A stretch of DNA of 64,000 nucleotides from a virus (Duplodnaviria; Caudoviricetes). The translations under genes were made by a program, and so were the position numbers. Under the pieces are notes generated by a model. The model saw nothing but the letters and a program-made list of their open reading frames with translations. It had not been told where the DNA came from and did not search any database. The stretch is taken from the IMG/VR virus record IMGVR_UViG_3300028025_004842, positions 1,656 to 65,655 of that record, one strand, 5' to 3'. Of this stretch, positions 1-9,148 are shown in pieces (position 1 is the first letter of the stretch; each line of letters begins with the position of its first letter).

Positions 1-50
1 CAACGTACTTAGTAGATTCTAATTATTAACAATCAAACACACATACACAC

Positions 51-197
51 ATGAAACATTCTTTTAACATCATTCGATTATTAGTAGCCCTTATCTTATT
101 GATGGGGCTTTTTAATTCATGCGCTACAAATACAAACGGCTTAGTAAAGCATGGCTGTCGTGGTCCCAAAGCGCATCCACACTACAAGCATCGTTGA
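51..197 (+). CDS. Small lipoprotein (48 aa, not in ORF track)
   Basis: Hand translation MKHSFNIIRLLVALILLMGLFNS-CATNTNG...; hydrophobic signal followed by a lipobox-like Cys. Confidence 0.65.
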   Translation: MKHSFNIIRLLVALILLMGLFNSCATNTNGLVKHGCRGPKAHPHYKHR

Positions 198-217
198 ACT
201 TCGGTGCAAAAGAACCT

Positions 218-244
218 GGGGGGCAAAGCGCTCCCCTTTTTTTT
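218..244 (+). terminator. Rho-independent terminator-like hairpin
   Basis: GGGGGGC...GCTCCCC followed by T8. Confidence 0.5.
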
Positions 245-263
245 GACTTAAAACTAAAAACAC

Positions 264-482
264 ATGAACTTAATTAACATTCAATACGTGCTTTTGGATT
301 CGTTTTCGGGAGCATACGATAAAAGAACTACGCAGCGTGATATGGACACGTATAACAAGATGAAGAAAGGCGTTGGCTCTCGCTTCAGAGAGTTTACTAA
401 TGGAATAGTATGGGACTGGAAAGTGGTAAGTGTATCACAATTAGATGAGAATAATAACCCAATAGAAACAACTGAACTATGA
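264..482 (+). CDS. Hypothetical early protein
   Basis: ATG ORF with ATGA overlap to the next gene. Confidence 0.6.
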   Translation: MNLINIQYVLLDSFSGAYDKRTTQRDMDTYNKMKKGVGSRFREFTNGIVWDWKVVSVSQLDENNNPIETTEL

Positions 483-676
483 CACTAACTGAAATTAAGA
501 ATGCCGTACTATCTGGGAAGAAAGTATGTTGGCACAATCCTGCTTATGAAGTTATCAAGGATAACAGGGAGCAGTGGATGATTAAACACATCGCTGGGCA
601 TTGTATAGCCCTTACATGGGCTGATGATGTTACAATGAATGGTAAAGAAGAGGACTTTAAACTTATGGAACTATGA
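479..676 (+). CDS. Hypothetical early protein
   Basis: ATGA-coupled on both sides. Confidence 0.65.
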   Translation: MTLTEIKNAVLSGKKVCWHNPAYEVIKDNREQWMIKHIAGHCIALTWADDVTMNGKEEDFKLMEL

Positions 677-1245
677 GAACAATAGAAACACTGGCCTACA
701 CTTTCGATGAACTATCGGAATCGGCAAAACAAAATGCTATTGCAGAATTCAACAACTTAGATCGTGAATACCATTGGATGCACGAAGCAAAGGATAGCAT
801 TGACAAAGCGCTTGAACACTTCGATTGCAGGAGTGGGCATTATAGTATTGACTATTCATGTGCATCGCACAGCTATGTTAAGTGGCGTTACATACGTAGC
901 TTCGAGGATGAGATACTTGGAATTAATGGCTCTCGATTATGGAAGCTGCTGCATAACAGATACGGAATATATTTCTGTAAGTATAAGAAGAAGTATAGAG
1001 ATACATTTGATGCTGACTGTCCATTCACTGGAGTAACTAGCGATATTGATTTCCTTGCTCCTATGATTAAATGGCTCAATGCTCCTGATAAGCATACAAC
1101 ATTCAAGGAATTGATTGATGATTGTATTGAGAGCGTATTGTGTGCAATGGAGAGGGACTATGACTACCAAAACACTGACGAATACATTACAGAAGAAATA
1201 ATAAATAACGGATACGAATTCACTGAAAACGGAAATAGAATATGA
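673..1245 (+). CDS. Conserved phage/MGE early protein (YTFDELSE.AK..A type)
   Basis: N-terminal YTFDELSESAKQNA and C-terminal YEFTENG resemble a widespread phage early-gene family. Confidence 0.65.
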   Translation: MRTIETLAYTFDELSESAKQNAIAEFNNLDREYHWMHEAKDSIDKALEHFDCRSGHYSIDYSCASHSYVKWRYIRSFEDEILGINGSRLWKLLHNRYGIYFCKYKKKYRDTFDADCPFTGVTSDIDFLAPMIKWLNAPDKHTTFKELIDDCIESVLCAMERDYDYQNTDEYITEEIINNGYEFTENGNRI

Positions 1246-1415
1246 AACAATCTGTATCACGTACTGAAATGATTCAGTACATCATCGACTATCACTTTAA
1301 CGAATTAGGATGGGGAGACCTGGACGAGAGCGAATGTTACGTTCTCAATATGCTATCCCGTAAATCCACAAGACAATTAACTCAAATGTATAACCAACAC
1401 CTAAATTCACACTAA
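1242..1415 (+). CDS. Hypothetical protein (57 aa, not in track)
   Basis: MKQSVSRTEMIQYIIDYHF...; ATGA overlap upstream and TAATG overlap with the clamp gene. Confidence 0.6.
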   Translation: MKQSVSRTEMIQYIIDYHFNELGWGDLDESECYVLNMLSRKSTRQLTQMYNQHLNSH

Positions 1416-2425
1416 TGAACACTAAAACAATCGCAAAAGCTGTTAAGGCAATCGTGTCTAAGAACAGCGTAATCCCTGCTTGTAGTCAAATACAATTCAC
1501 AGGAACTAATCTAATAGCAACAGACTTAGAAACGTGGATAAGCATCCCGTATGCTACGCCATTCAAGTTCTGTGCTGAACACGATAACATTATCAATATG
1601 TGGGAAACGCTCACTGATGGGTATAATGTTACGCAAGACGAATCAAGCATTGTCTTTCAGTATGGCAAGGCGAAGATTAAGATGATGGCGCAAGACTACG
1701 AAACGTATCCTATGCTCCCCGAATATGAGAAAGACGTGGATATTGTAAAGCTATTAGATAGCGATGTTAAGCTACTGACTACGGCAAATGATTTCATTGG
1801 CGCTGATGTATTACGACCATCATTTATGAATATATGCTTACGTAAGGGTAAGATGTATGCAACGGATTCACATTCAGCTATGTTCCATCCTCTCGAATCA
1901 GATATACAAGACGATGTATTTATATCCAAGAAAGTAAGAACGCTATTGCAATTATGGAATGGCGATTGGGATGTATATGCAGGAAGTACGTACACGTCAT
2001 TCACGAATGCTGATGGCGTTGTTATCACCACACGTACAAGTGATGAACGCTATCCCGATATTGAGAATGTAATACCTAGAGAGAACCCTGTCGAGCTTAA
2101 AGTAATAGTTAAGGAGTTCACTGATATCATCAAGACTGGCAGCAAGTTCGCTAATAAAGCTAGTAATCGTATGGCTGTTGTTTGTAACGAGGGTAAGACT
2201 ACGTTATCATTCAGCGATGAAGAACTAGGACAATCGTATGAAGCAGAGCTGGAGCTACAAAGTGTGAACAATGATATAACTATCGGATTCAATAGTAAGT
2301 TTCTTGATAGAGTGTTCAAGCACTGTGGCAACAAAGCTATAATCGAAATGAGTACACCCAACCGTGCTGCTGTAATCAATGGCACATTCTTACTAATGCC
2401 TGTAATGTTAACTAACGAAAACTAA
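1415..2425 (+). CDS. dnaN: DNA polymerase III beta sliding clamp
   Basis: ATDLE, YATDSH, RYPDIENVIP, IGFNSKFL and C-terminal LLMPV motifs of beta clamps. Confidence 0.9.
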   Translation: MNTKTIAKAVKAIVSKNSVIPACSQIQFTGTNLIATDLETWISIPYATPFKFCAEHDNIINMWETLTDGYNVTQDESSIVFQYGKAKIKMMAQDYETYPMLPEYEKDVDIVKLLDSDVKLLTTANDFIGADVLRPSFMNICLRKGKMYATDSHSAMFHPLESDIQDDVFISKKVRTLLQLWNGDWDVYAGSTYTSFTNADGVVITTRTSDERYPDIENVIPRENPVELKVIVKEFTDIIKTGSKFANKASNRMAVVCNEGKTTLSFSDEELGQSYEAELELQSVNNDITIGFNSKFLDRVFKHCGNKAIIEMSTPNRAAVINGTFLLMPVMLTNEN

Positions 2426-2445
2426 TCTTTAAATACTAAACTACT

Positions 2446-3396
2446 ATGAAACAAATTGCAATCTTTCAAATCAATGCTAACTACTCGGACAACGTACGAT
2501 TCGAGGGCAACTATGGCGATATCTCTGAACTCGCTGATAACATCAATGCAAAGGGGCTAATACAGCCCCTAATTGTTGAGCAGACTGATGATGATACGTA
2601 TGTTATTATCTCTGGACACAGACGATATGCAGCTATGAATATGCTCATTGAACGTGGCGATTGGGATGATAATTACTTAGTTAATTGTATCGTTCAACAA
2701 TACGAGAATGAATTAGAACGTGCTGCATCTAAGCTATTAACTAACGATAGCCAACCACTAAGCCCTGATGAATGGGCTGCTGAAATTGGTAGGCTTGCTG
2801 AACTAGGTAATGATGTACGTGTTATCGCTTATGCTCTTGGTAAGAGTGAGCAGTATGTTACAAGTATGCACAAAACGTGGTCTGCTATGAGCGAGGACGC
2901 TCGTAAAGTTATACGTGCAGGACAAGTAAGTATGACACTCGCTGCATTGATGGCTAAGAAAGCTGTTAATGATAGGATGGCATCACTAAGCGTACAGATA
3001 GCAGCCGTTGCTAAGCAAACTATCAAAGAACGTGGTGGTAATGTATCCGATGCCGTTGTAGGCGAAGCAGTAATGCTCACCACTACGCAAGTGTTAGATA
3101 AGGCATCACAGAATAAGAGTATGTCTGGCTATGATATTGCCGAGAGTATATTAGAGAACGTGGATAAAGTAAAAGAAGCGAATAAGGCAGCAAAGGCTGC
3201 ACGTAGCGCAGCAATATCCGTTGACCCTAACAAAGTACCACAACGTACACTCGAAGCGTATATGACAGCTCTAATAAAGCACATGAGAGATAGTGGTGAT
3301 GATACGGCTGAAATGTTACAAGCTATTGTTAAGCATTACAAGCTAGGCACTACGGATATGGACGAAGTAATGGAATCATTATACGAATCAATTTAA
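2446..3396 (+). CDS. ParB/Spo0J-like protein
   Basis: ELADNI..KGLIQPLIV...IISGHRRYAA ParB N-terminal motif followed by HTH (IAYALGKSEQYV). Confidence 0.85.
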   Translation: MKQIAIFQINANYSDNVRFEGNYGDISELADNINAKGLIQPLIVEQTDDDTYVIISGHRRYAAMNMLIERGDWDDNYLVNCIVQQYENELERAASKLLTNDSQPLSPDEWAAEIGRLAELGNDVRVIAYALGKSEQYVTSMHKTWSAMSEDARKVIRAGQVSMTLAALMAKKAVNDRMASLSVQIAAVAKQTIKERGGNVSDAVVGEAVMLTTTQVLDKASQNKSMSGYDIAESILENVDKVKEANKAAKAARSAAISVDPNKVPQRTLEAYMTALIKHMRDSGDDTAEMLQAIVKHYKLGTTDMDEVMESLYESI

Positions 3397-3442
3397 TCAA
3401 TGTAATATAGGGGAGAGGCATCCTACCAACCTCGCTAACATT

Positions 3443-3928
3443 ATGAAACAATCTGAAATCAAGCAGTTATTATCTGACCTCTCTCACGTCTGCGACGTAG
3501 GTGCAAAATACAGCACCAAAATTAAACCGAAGGACAGGGTTAAACTTCAATCTCAAAATGACGTTTTCAATCTCATGCACCAATGGTATATCAATACCGA
3601 AATGTATGAGCAGAGGGAAATCTTTAGCGTGTTATTGATGACACGATCTAATCAAGTGTTGGGCATCGTAAAATGTGGCGAGGGTACGTCATCACAATGT
3701 ATTGTCGATAAGCAATACATCGCACGTCTTGCTATATTAGCTAACGCACAAGCTGTCATCCTATGCCACAATCACCCATCAGGTAATGTAAATCCAAGTG
3801 ATGCGGATATTGCACTCACTAAACAACTTAAAGAAGCATTCAAGCTATTGGATATAGCCGTTCTCGACCACGTAATACTAACGCAAGATAACGGATACAC
3901 ATCCCTGGCAACACAAGACTTAATGTAA
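3443..3928 (+). CDS. radC: RadC-like JAB domain protein
   Basis: E..S..HNHPSG...PS.AD...T..L...LDHVI JAB motif. Confidence 0.9.
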   Translation: MKQSEIKQLLSDLSHVCDVGAKYSTKIKPKDRVKLQSQNDVFNLMHQWYINTEMYEQREIFSVLLMTRSNQVLGIVKCGEGTSSQCIVDKQYIARLAILANAQAVILCHNHPSGNVNPSDADIALTKQLKEAFKLLDIAVLDHVILTQDNGYTSLATQDLM

Positions 3929-3952
3929 CACTAAAACCAAACACACATACAT

Positions 3953-4330
3953 ATGAAAATTACACTATCAACACAAGAAAGCGAAGAGTATTTCTACAAT
4001 GCTCTTTGCAATGGGCTTAGTTATATTGGAGGCTATGGGCTATCCGTTGACTTCAATGCTAAAGAATACAAGGCTGCAAAAATGAAATTAACCAATGCTT
4101 GCTACGAAGATGTATTCATGCAAATGCTACGCGATGGCGGTACGCTAACATTAATTGACGAAGAATGCGATGGCGAGTATACGCGAAGTATTAACATTAA
4201 AGATATCCATGAACGTGTTCAGAATACAGAAACAAGTCATTTGATGGACATGGTTAATGGTTATGATGATGCGACTACAGCGGATGTGATTCTACAAAGT
4301 GTATTTTTTAACGAAGTAATATTTGGATAA
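3953..4330 (+). CDS. Hypothetical phage protein
   Basis: ORF ending DA.TADVILQ.VFF.EVIFG, a recurrent phage early-protein ending. Confidence 0.7.
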   Translation: MKITLSTQESEEYFYNALCNGLSYIGGYGLSVDFNAKEYKAAKMKLTNACYEDVFMQMLRDGGTLTLIDEECDGEYTRSINIKDIHERVQNTETSHLMDMVNGYDDATTADVILQSVFFNEVIFG

Positions 4331-4333
4331 GAC

Positions 4334-4816
4334 ATGGCAAACATTTGCACAAACACGATAACGTTTTCGGGAGAGGACTTATCACCAATCAGAAATCTTA
4401 TTAAAGAGATTCAGCAAGAACAGGACAATGGAAACGCATGGCTACCCGAAGGATACAAAGGGGATTATTATCATTGGCTATTTGATATTGACATCACAGA
4501 TTACGATGAGGAAATTGTTATTAGCTGCTGGACTAAGTGGTCGCCTCCTATCGAGGAGATGGCGTATTTATGTAAGCAAACCAATGTGAACGTAAACATA
4601 CACTACGAAGAAATGGGAATGGGATTGTATGGTGTATGCTATTACAATTCTATTGATGATGAGTTCGAGGATATATGCCTTGATGATGATGACATTAATC
4701 GCATCGAGTACGATGAGGAGAATGATACGTACACGCTTGATGGCAATCCTATCCAATCAGACTTCGAAGAATACGAGAATATGCTAATTGAGAAACTTAA
4801 ACAACTAAACTTTTAA
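4334..4816 (+). CDS. YubB/Api92 (DUF1281)-like ferredoxin-fold protein
   Basis: MAN.C.N start, TKWSPP and YEE.GM..YG motifs. Confidence 0.65.
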   Translation: MANICTNTITFSGEDLSPIRNLIKEIQQEQDNGNAWLPEGYKGDYYHWLFDIDITDYDEEIVISCWTKWSPPIEEMAYLCKQTNVNVNIHYEEMGMGLYGVCYYNSIDDEFEDICLDDDDINRIEYDEENDTYTLDGNPIQSDFEEYENMLIEKLKQLNF

Positions 4817-4827
4817 TAACTAAACAC

Positions 4828-5157
4828 ATGGAAAAACTAAATCAAATTATCGAATCAATGGCTTTGGCGCAGTTCAAGGCAGACACATCAGGATGTGATA
4901 AGCGTAATGCTTTTATGTTGAAACACGCCACACTCGGAGAGTTTATGGAATTTTTTAATACCAAAGAAACAAGTGTTGGTACTACTTGGGCTTACGAATA
5001 CAGAAGATCATTACTTGGTAATATGCAAGGGTTATCTGAAACATTCTGCCGAGAGGTACTATGGCCTAGAATGAAAGATGGATACATCGAAATCGTTGTC
5101 AAATCATTAGAGAATAAATTAGAATCCACTTACAAAATAACAATCGAACAACTATGA
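4828..5157 (+). CDS. Hypothetical protein
   Basis: ORF in coupled early array. Confidence 0.6.
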   Translation: MEKLNQIIESMALAQFKADTSGCDKRNAFMLKHATLGEFMEFFNTKETSVGTTWAYEYRRSLLGNMQGLSETFCREVLWPRMKDGYIEIVVKSLENKLESTYKITIEQL

Positions 5158-5444
5158 AAAAAGCAATCTTTATGTTACTTATTGCATCATCATTTGTATC
5201 ATGCACTAAGGAGGAATCACTAAGCAGTAGTACCTCATGCTACAAGTTCACTGTTAAGCAGACTACCACTTGCACCCCTTATGTAGAGGGAGTGAACAGC
5301 ACTGTAACGTCATACACTGAAAGTTGTGGACTGACATCATCGGGGGCGCAGGATGTATGCGATTCGATGAAATCCACCACCACATCTTATAGTGGAGGAT
5401 ACACGATTAAAGTAACCACTACATGTACTTACATTAAACTATAA
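5154..5444 (+). CDS. Cys-rich lipoprotein (paralog of 13662..13934)
   Basis: MKK-hydrophobic-FVS-C lipobox; shared CY.F...Q / C..T...A / V.T.C pattern. Confidence 0.75.
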   Translation: MKKAIFMLLIASSFVSCTKEESLSSSTSCYKFTVKQTTTCTPYVEGVNSTVTSYTESCGLTSSGAQDVCDSMKSTTTSYSGGYTIKVTTTCTYIKL

Positions 5445-5448
5445 TCCT

Positions 5449-5676
5449 ATGAAAAACCAAGTAACGAAATCACGATTCCTATCGTGGTACATTAGCGATT
5501 CAGATGATGCTTACGACATAGGCCGTGATGTAATTAGTGCTTTAAAAAATAAAGGCACATACACAATCAACGTGAAAGAACTATTTGATAGCTGCGGATA
5601 TTTACCTGCTTTCATCTGTGTTAATAACGATGATGGAGAATACGAACCTAATGAAGTAGAACTAATAAACGGATAA
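5449..5676 (+). CDS. Hypothetical protein
   Basis: ORF in early array. Confidence 0.6.
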   Translation: MKNQVTKSRFLSWYISDSDDAYDIGRDVISALKNKGTYTINVKELFDSCGYLPAFICVNNDDGEYEPNEVELING

Positions 5677-5680
5677 TCCT

Positions 5681-5902
5681 ATGCCACGCTGTACTAACAA
5701 CCCGAATACGTTTGTAGCCGGAGCGCTACCAACTATTACTATCGACAATAAATCTTATTATGTCGATGGAAGATTAAAGCAACTACGCAACGTACATGAC
5801 TTCATGGATAGCGTAAGTTGTACTGTCGATGATGTATGGGATTCACTCTCCCAACAAGATCGTGCTATTGTATGCTATGAATTTATGGGGGAACGTATAT
5901 GA
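5681..5902 (+). CDS. Hypothetical protein
   Basis: ORF in early array; YYVDGRLKQLRNV motif. Confidence 0.6.
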   Translation: MPRCTNNPNTFVAGALPTITIDNKSYYVDGRLKQLRNVHDFMDSVSCTVDDVWDSLSQQDRAIVCYEFMGERI

Positions 5903-6162
5903 AACACTTTCCTAATGGATTCGATTCGTGGATGGAAACACACTACGAAGTCGTACAAGCAATAACGCTCAAACTATCTGACGAAGATATGGAAGAAGAT
6001 AGCGCATTGTATGAGCGCTTGGAAGAAGAGGGTACTGCTGGTATGTATACGCTATCAGAAGAACTAACGGATGCCTTCGAAGAAGAATACGAGGGCGCTG
6101 AATGGGGCGAGAAACTAGATTACTTTGACACTATTGAAAACTTTTTAAACTTGAAACTATGA
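5899..6162 (+). CDS. Acidic hypothetical protein
   Basis: FPNGF.SW.ETHYEVV start; very acidic. Confidence 0.65.
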   Translation: MKHFPNGFDSWMETHYEVVQAITLKLSDEDMEEDSALYERLEEEGTAGMYTLSEELTDAFEEEYEGAEWGEKLDYFDTIENFLNLKL

Positions 6163-6362
6163 TAGCACTATGGAAATCAGATTACGTATTGTACGACAAG
6201 GCAAATGACCATGTTATACAATTTAGCGGTGGCGATATAGTAATATATGCCGATAAGGAAGAAGCACTTATGGATTGTAGGGGTAACGAGTATGTTATCC
6301 CTTGTACGGAACTACCTCAACATTGGCAAGAAACATTAATCAAACAACTAAACGAACTATGA
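6159..6362 (+). CDS. Hypothetical protein
   Basis: ATGA-coupled ORF. Confidence 0.6.
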   Translation: MIALWKSDYVLYDKANDHVIQFSGGDIVIYADKEEALMDCRGNEYVIPCTELPQHWQETLIKQLNEL

Positions 6363-6592
6363 GCAGTAAAAATATAATGACTATCGGAGAACTTAGAGAA
6401 GCAATCTCCCACCTATCGGACAATGATTGCGTTGTCCTTGAAACAACTGACCTCGACACTGGCGATGCTATTGATTTGTTTCCATTCTACATTGATGTTA
6501 TTGATGGGATACAACTAACCAACGGCAACACCATAAGCGAAGTAAGACTATGCCAAATGGATAATTCACACTTTTTAAAACACGAACTATGA
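6359..6592 (+). CDS. Hypothetical protein (start moved to the coupled ATG at 6359)
   Basis: MSSKNIMTIGELRE; ATGA overlaps at both ends. Confidence 0.6.
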   Translation: MSSKNIMTIGELREAISHLSDNDCVVLETTDLDTGDAIDLFPFYIDVIDGIQLTNGNTISEVRLCQMDNSHFLKHEL

Positions 6593-6849
6593 ACACTAAA
6601 CACACACAAGGAGATTGGCACACTAAAGATGGGCAAATCTATCCAACAGACACAGGCAAGACACTTGCACTAATTCCTTATTACGATGAGGATAACGAAG
6701 AACACGTAGCGAATGCTAGACTAATAGCTGCTGCTCCATTTATGCTTATGGCATTACAAGAAGCAGCCGAGCATTCTGTTATCTACGACACACCACCTGC
6801 ACTTATAGAACTATTCCAATACGCAATCAATAAAGCTACACAACCATGA
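6589..6849 (+). CDS. Conserved phage protein (KHT.G.W...ANARLIAAAP type)
   Basis: Characteristic ANARLIAAAP motif. Confidence 0.7.
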   Translation: MNTKHTQGDWHTKDGQIYPTDTGKTLALIPYYDEDNEEHVANARLIAAAPFMLMALQEAAEHSVIYDTPPALIELFQYAINKATQP

Positions 6850-7061
6850 ACGAAATAGAACAAGCAAAGAAAACCCTGCGGGATGCTGGGTACTTTACAG
6901 ACAACCTATGGCATATCGAAGATGTCAAGTATAGATTCGATGACTGCGATGATGAAACAGCGCAAACGATATTAGAATCAGCACTAACTAACGAATCAAC
7001 CATGCAGCATATATTCGGGTGTATGGATGAAATTATAGACACTAAATACAGATCATTATGA
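6846..7061 (+). CDS. Hypothetical protein
   Basis: ATGA-coupled ORF; LWHIEDV motif. Confidence 0.6.
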   Translation: MNEIEQAKKTLRDAGYFTDNLWHIEDVKYRFDDCDDETAQTILESALTNESTMQHIFGCMDEIIDTKYRSL

Positions 7062-7276
7062 AACATTACTTTTTATTCGGATACGATGCGTGCCTTACAT
7101 TCCATGAGCATCACGATACAATACAGGATAAGGCAAATGCAATAATGAAAGACGACTATGACACTTATCACTACGATGAGTTAGAAGATAGTCCGTTACA
7201 ACTACTCGGAGCATTCGCTGGATGGAGTGATTACGCTCTTATCGACGAAGAATTATACAACCTCTTATTTCAATAA
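7058..7276 (+). CDS. Hypothetical protein
   Basis: ATGA-coupled ORF. Confidence 0.6.
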   Translation: MKHYFLFGYDACLTFHEHHDTIQDKANAIMKDDYDTYHYDELEDSPLQLLGAFAGWSDYALIDEELYNLLFQ

Positions 7277-7279
7277 CCT

Positions 7280-7453
7280 ATGAAACAGCTATTGTATCGT
7301 ACATTCAAACCTTTTCCATACGTTGTATGGTATTGCGCTATGTTTGTCGCAATGCCATCAATACTATTCTGGAATCCATTCGAATACTATTGGGTGGTAG
7401 TGTTATCCCTGTATTGTATTGTGCCACACGTTAGGTTATGGCTTTATTGTTAA
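7280..7453 (+). CDS. Small hydrophobic membrane protein A (57 aa, not in track)
   Basis: MKQLLYRTFKPFPYVVWYCAMFVAMPSILFWNPFEYYWVVVLSLYCIVPHVRLWLYC; gap-free paralog of the next ORF. Confidence 0.75.
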   Translation: MKQLLYRTFKPFPYVVWYCAMFVAMPSILFWNPFEYYWVVVLSLYCIVPHVRLWLYC

Positions 7454-7471
7454 CATTCTAAATCATTCAAT

Positions 7472-7645
7472 ATGAAAAAGCTATTATGCAGAATCTTTCA
7501 ACCTGTGCCGTATGTATTCTACCTACTGGCAATGTTCTTCGGACTTATATCCGTTTATATGTGGTGTCCATTCCCATACTACTGCTTAGTAATATGTGCG
7601 CTGTGGTGTATATCTCCTTTCTTTAGATTGTGGGTATTCTCATAA
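7472..7645 (+). CDS. Small hydrophobic membrane protein B (57 aa, not in track)
   Basis: MKKLLCRIFQPVPYVFYLLAMFFGLISVYMWCPFPYYCLVICALWCISPFFRLWVFS. Confidence 0.75.
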   Translation: MKKLLCRIFQPVPYVFYLLAMFFGLISVYMWCPFPYYCLVICALWCISPFFRLWVFS

Positions 7646-7775
7646 TCGTGATAATTAGATAGTTACATTAAAATAGCACGTTTCTCGACATACTACTTTG
7701 TAGTGGTAGCAAGGGATACGTGCTATTGTCATTGTACATTTGGTATTTAATTTCGATTGTACGAATTTTACGCAA

Positions 7776-8168
7776 ATGAAACAGACTGATAATTTTGAAC
7801 AAAGCAAGAATGAACTACTTAACACCAAGTTTGTGTTCATCAATGCTAAAGATGTGCTGAGAATAATCAATAAACACATCCCAATAGAGCTTGTTGGAAA
7901 GCGAAAGAACAAGGCAAAAGTTATAGGGTGCTATGTCTTTCTCATGCAGCACCACACAAACTGTGTGTATTCGTTGCGTGATTTCGCAAACCAATGGGGA
8001 TTGAAATACGTGCAATCAATTCAGCATTTTATAGGCAGACACAAACAAATGTATGCCGAAAGCGAAGGGTATAGACATCTCGTTCTGCTATGCCTACGTG
8101 ATATGAAACGCAAGAACGATAGATTAAAAAAAGTATTTGAAAACAAAATTACAAACACAGACTTATGA
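7776..8168 (+). CDS. Putative DNA-binding protein, DnaA domain IV/TrpR-like HTH
   Basis: YVFLMQHHT..YSLRDFA..WG..YVQSIQH resembles the DnaA C-terminal HTH; ATG start at 7776. Confidence 0.45.
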   Translation: MKQTDNFEQSKNELLNTKFVFINAKDVLRIINKHIPIELVGKRKNKAKVIGCYVFLMQHHTNCVYSLRDFANQWGLKYVQSIQHFIGRHKQMYAESEGYRHLVLLCLRDMKRKNDRLKKVFENKITNTDL

Positions 8169-8410
8169 AAACATTCGAGAACTATGAATCCTGGGCAATG
8201 GAGAATGCTAAAGAAGGAGCATCCATTGTATCTTACAAACCAACCAACACGCTAACAGCATCAGCTAAGTACTACAATCGAAAGATTGAAACACAATGTA
8301 TTGTTATTATTGAAGGCACAACGATGCAGCCATTTGCCGTTGCAGCTACTAAGGTTACATTCCTCAATGAGCCATGCAAAGAACGTATGACTAAAAACAA
8401 TGAGCTATGA
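8165..8410 (+). CDS. Hypothetical protein
   Basis: ATGA-coupled ORF. Confidence 0.6.
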   Translation: MKTFENYESWAMENAKEGASIVSYKPTNTLTASAKYYNRKIETQCIVIIEGTTMQPFAVAATKVTFLNEPCKERMTKNNEL

Positions 8411-8922
8411 TTAAGAAAGAAAAGGAAGCGTTATTGATTACACTCGTTAAAGCTACAATGCTCAACGTAGATGAACTCAAACGCATGGAGAAACTAAAGG
8501 ATAAGGATGAAGCCGTTAAGAAGCTCCTAGACATCTATTACGCCTTTAAAGACCAAGTGTTAGGTGAGCCAATACAATCAATGGTGAACTACTTACAGTT
8601 CGCTAAGTCATCTCTCGATGAAGCTATGATATACCTATCGGGTGATGAACTCGTGGAGGTACAAGATGGAACAGATGAGATGGGCGATCCAATCATCAAG
8701 CAGATGCCTCAGAAGGTGGCTGTGATGGTGGATAAACAGAATGGAATGCCGGAACGCTTTCGTGATATCGGAAAGAACATCAAGGATGTTGCTATTGATG
8801 TAATGGAAATGGTGAATGCACAACGCTCCCTACTCGGTGGGAATCCCACTGATGAAACTGATGTACCAATGTTAAAAGCTGGCAGCAGCTTCGCCGATTA
8901 TGTAGCAACTAAAAAACGTTAA
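8407..8922 (+). CDS. Hypothetical helical protein
   Basis: 171-aa coupled ORF. Confidence 0.65.
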   Translation: MIKKEKEALLITLVKATMLNVDELKRMEKLKDKDEAVKKLLDIYYAFKDQVLGEPIQSMVNYLQFAKSSLDEAMIYLSGDELVEVQDGTDEMGDPIIKQMPQKVAVMVDKQNGMPERFRDIGKNIKDVAIDVMEMVNAQRSLLGGNPTDETDVPMLKAGSSFADYVATKKR

Positions 8923-8923
8923 T

Positions 8924-9088
8924 ATGAATTGTCCTAAATGTAAATCCACAAATCGTAAGATAATATCTTATGACCGTGTAATTGAAAAAAGAATAATGAT
9001 GATAAGAAATAAGTGGGAATGTCAGAAGTGTACGTATAAGTTTTATGTATCATTCCCCGAAGAACAGCCAAGAGCTGCAACAATATAG
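8924..9088 (+). CDS. Small zinc-ribbon protein (54 aa, not in track)
   Basis: MNCPKCKS...WECQKCTYKF; two CxxC pairs. Confidence 0.7.
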   Translation: MNCPKCKSTNRKIISYDRVIEKRIMMIRNKWECQKCTYKFYVSFPEEQPRAATI

Positions 9089-9099
9089 TGTGTGTGTTT

Positions 9100-9130
9100 A
9101 GCGCCCCATCAGGAGTGGTGGGGTGTTTTT
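9100..9130 (+). terminator. Rho-independent terminator
   Basis: GCGCCCCATCA-GGAG-TGGTGGGGTGT stem-loop followed by a T run. Confidence 0.65.
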
Positions 9131-9148
9131 AAAAACTAACAAATTAAT

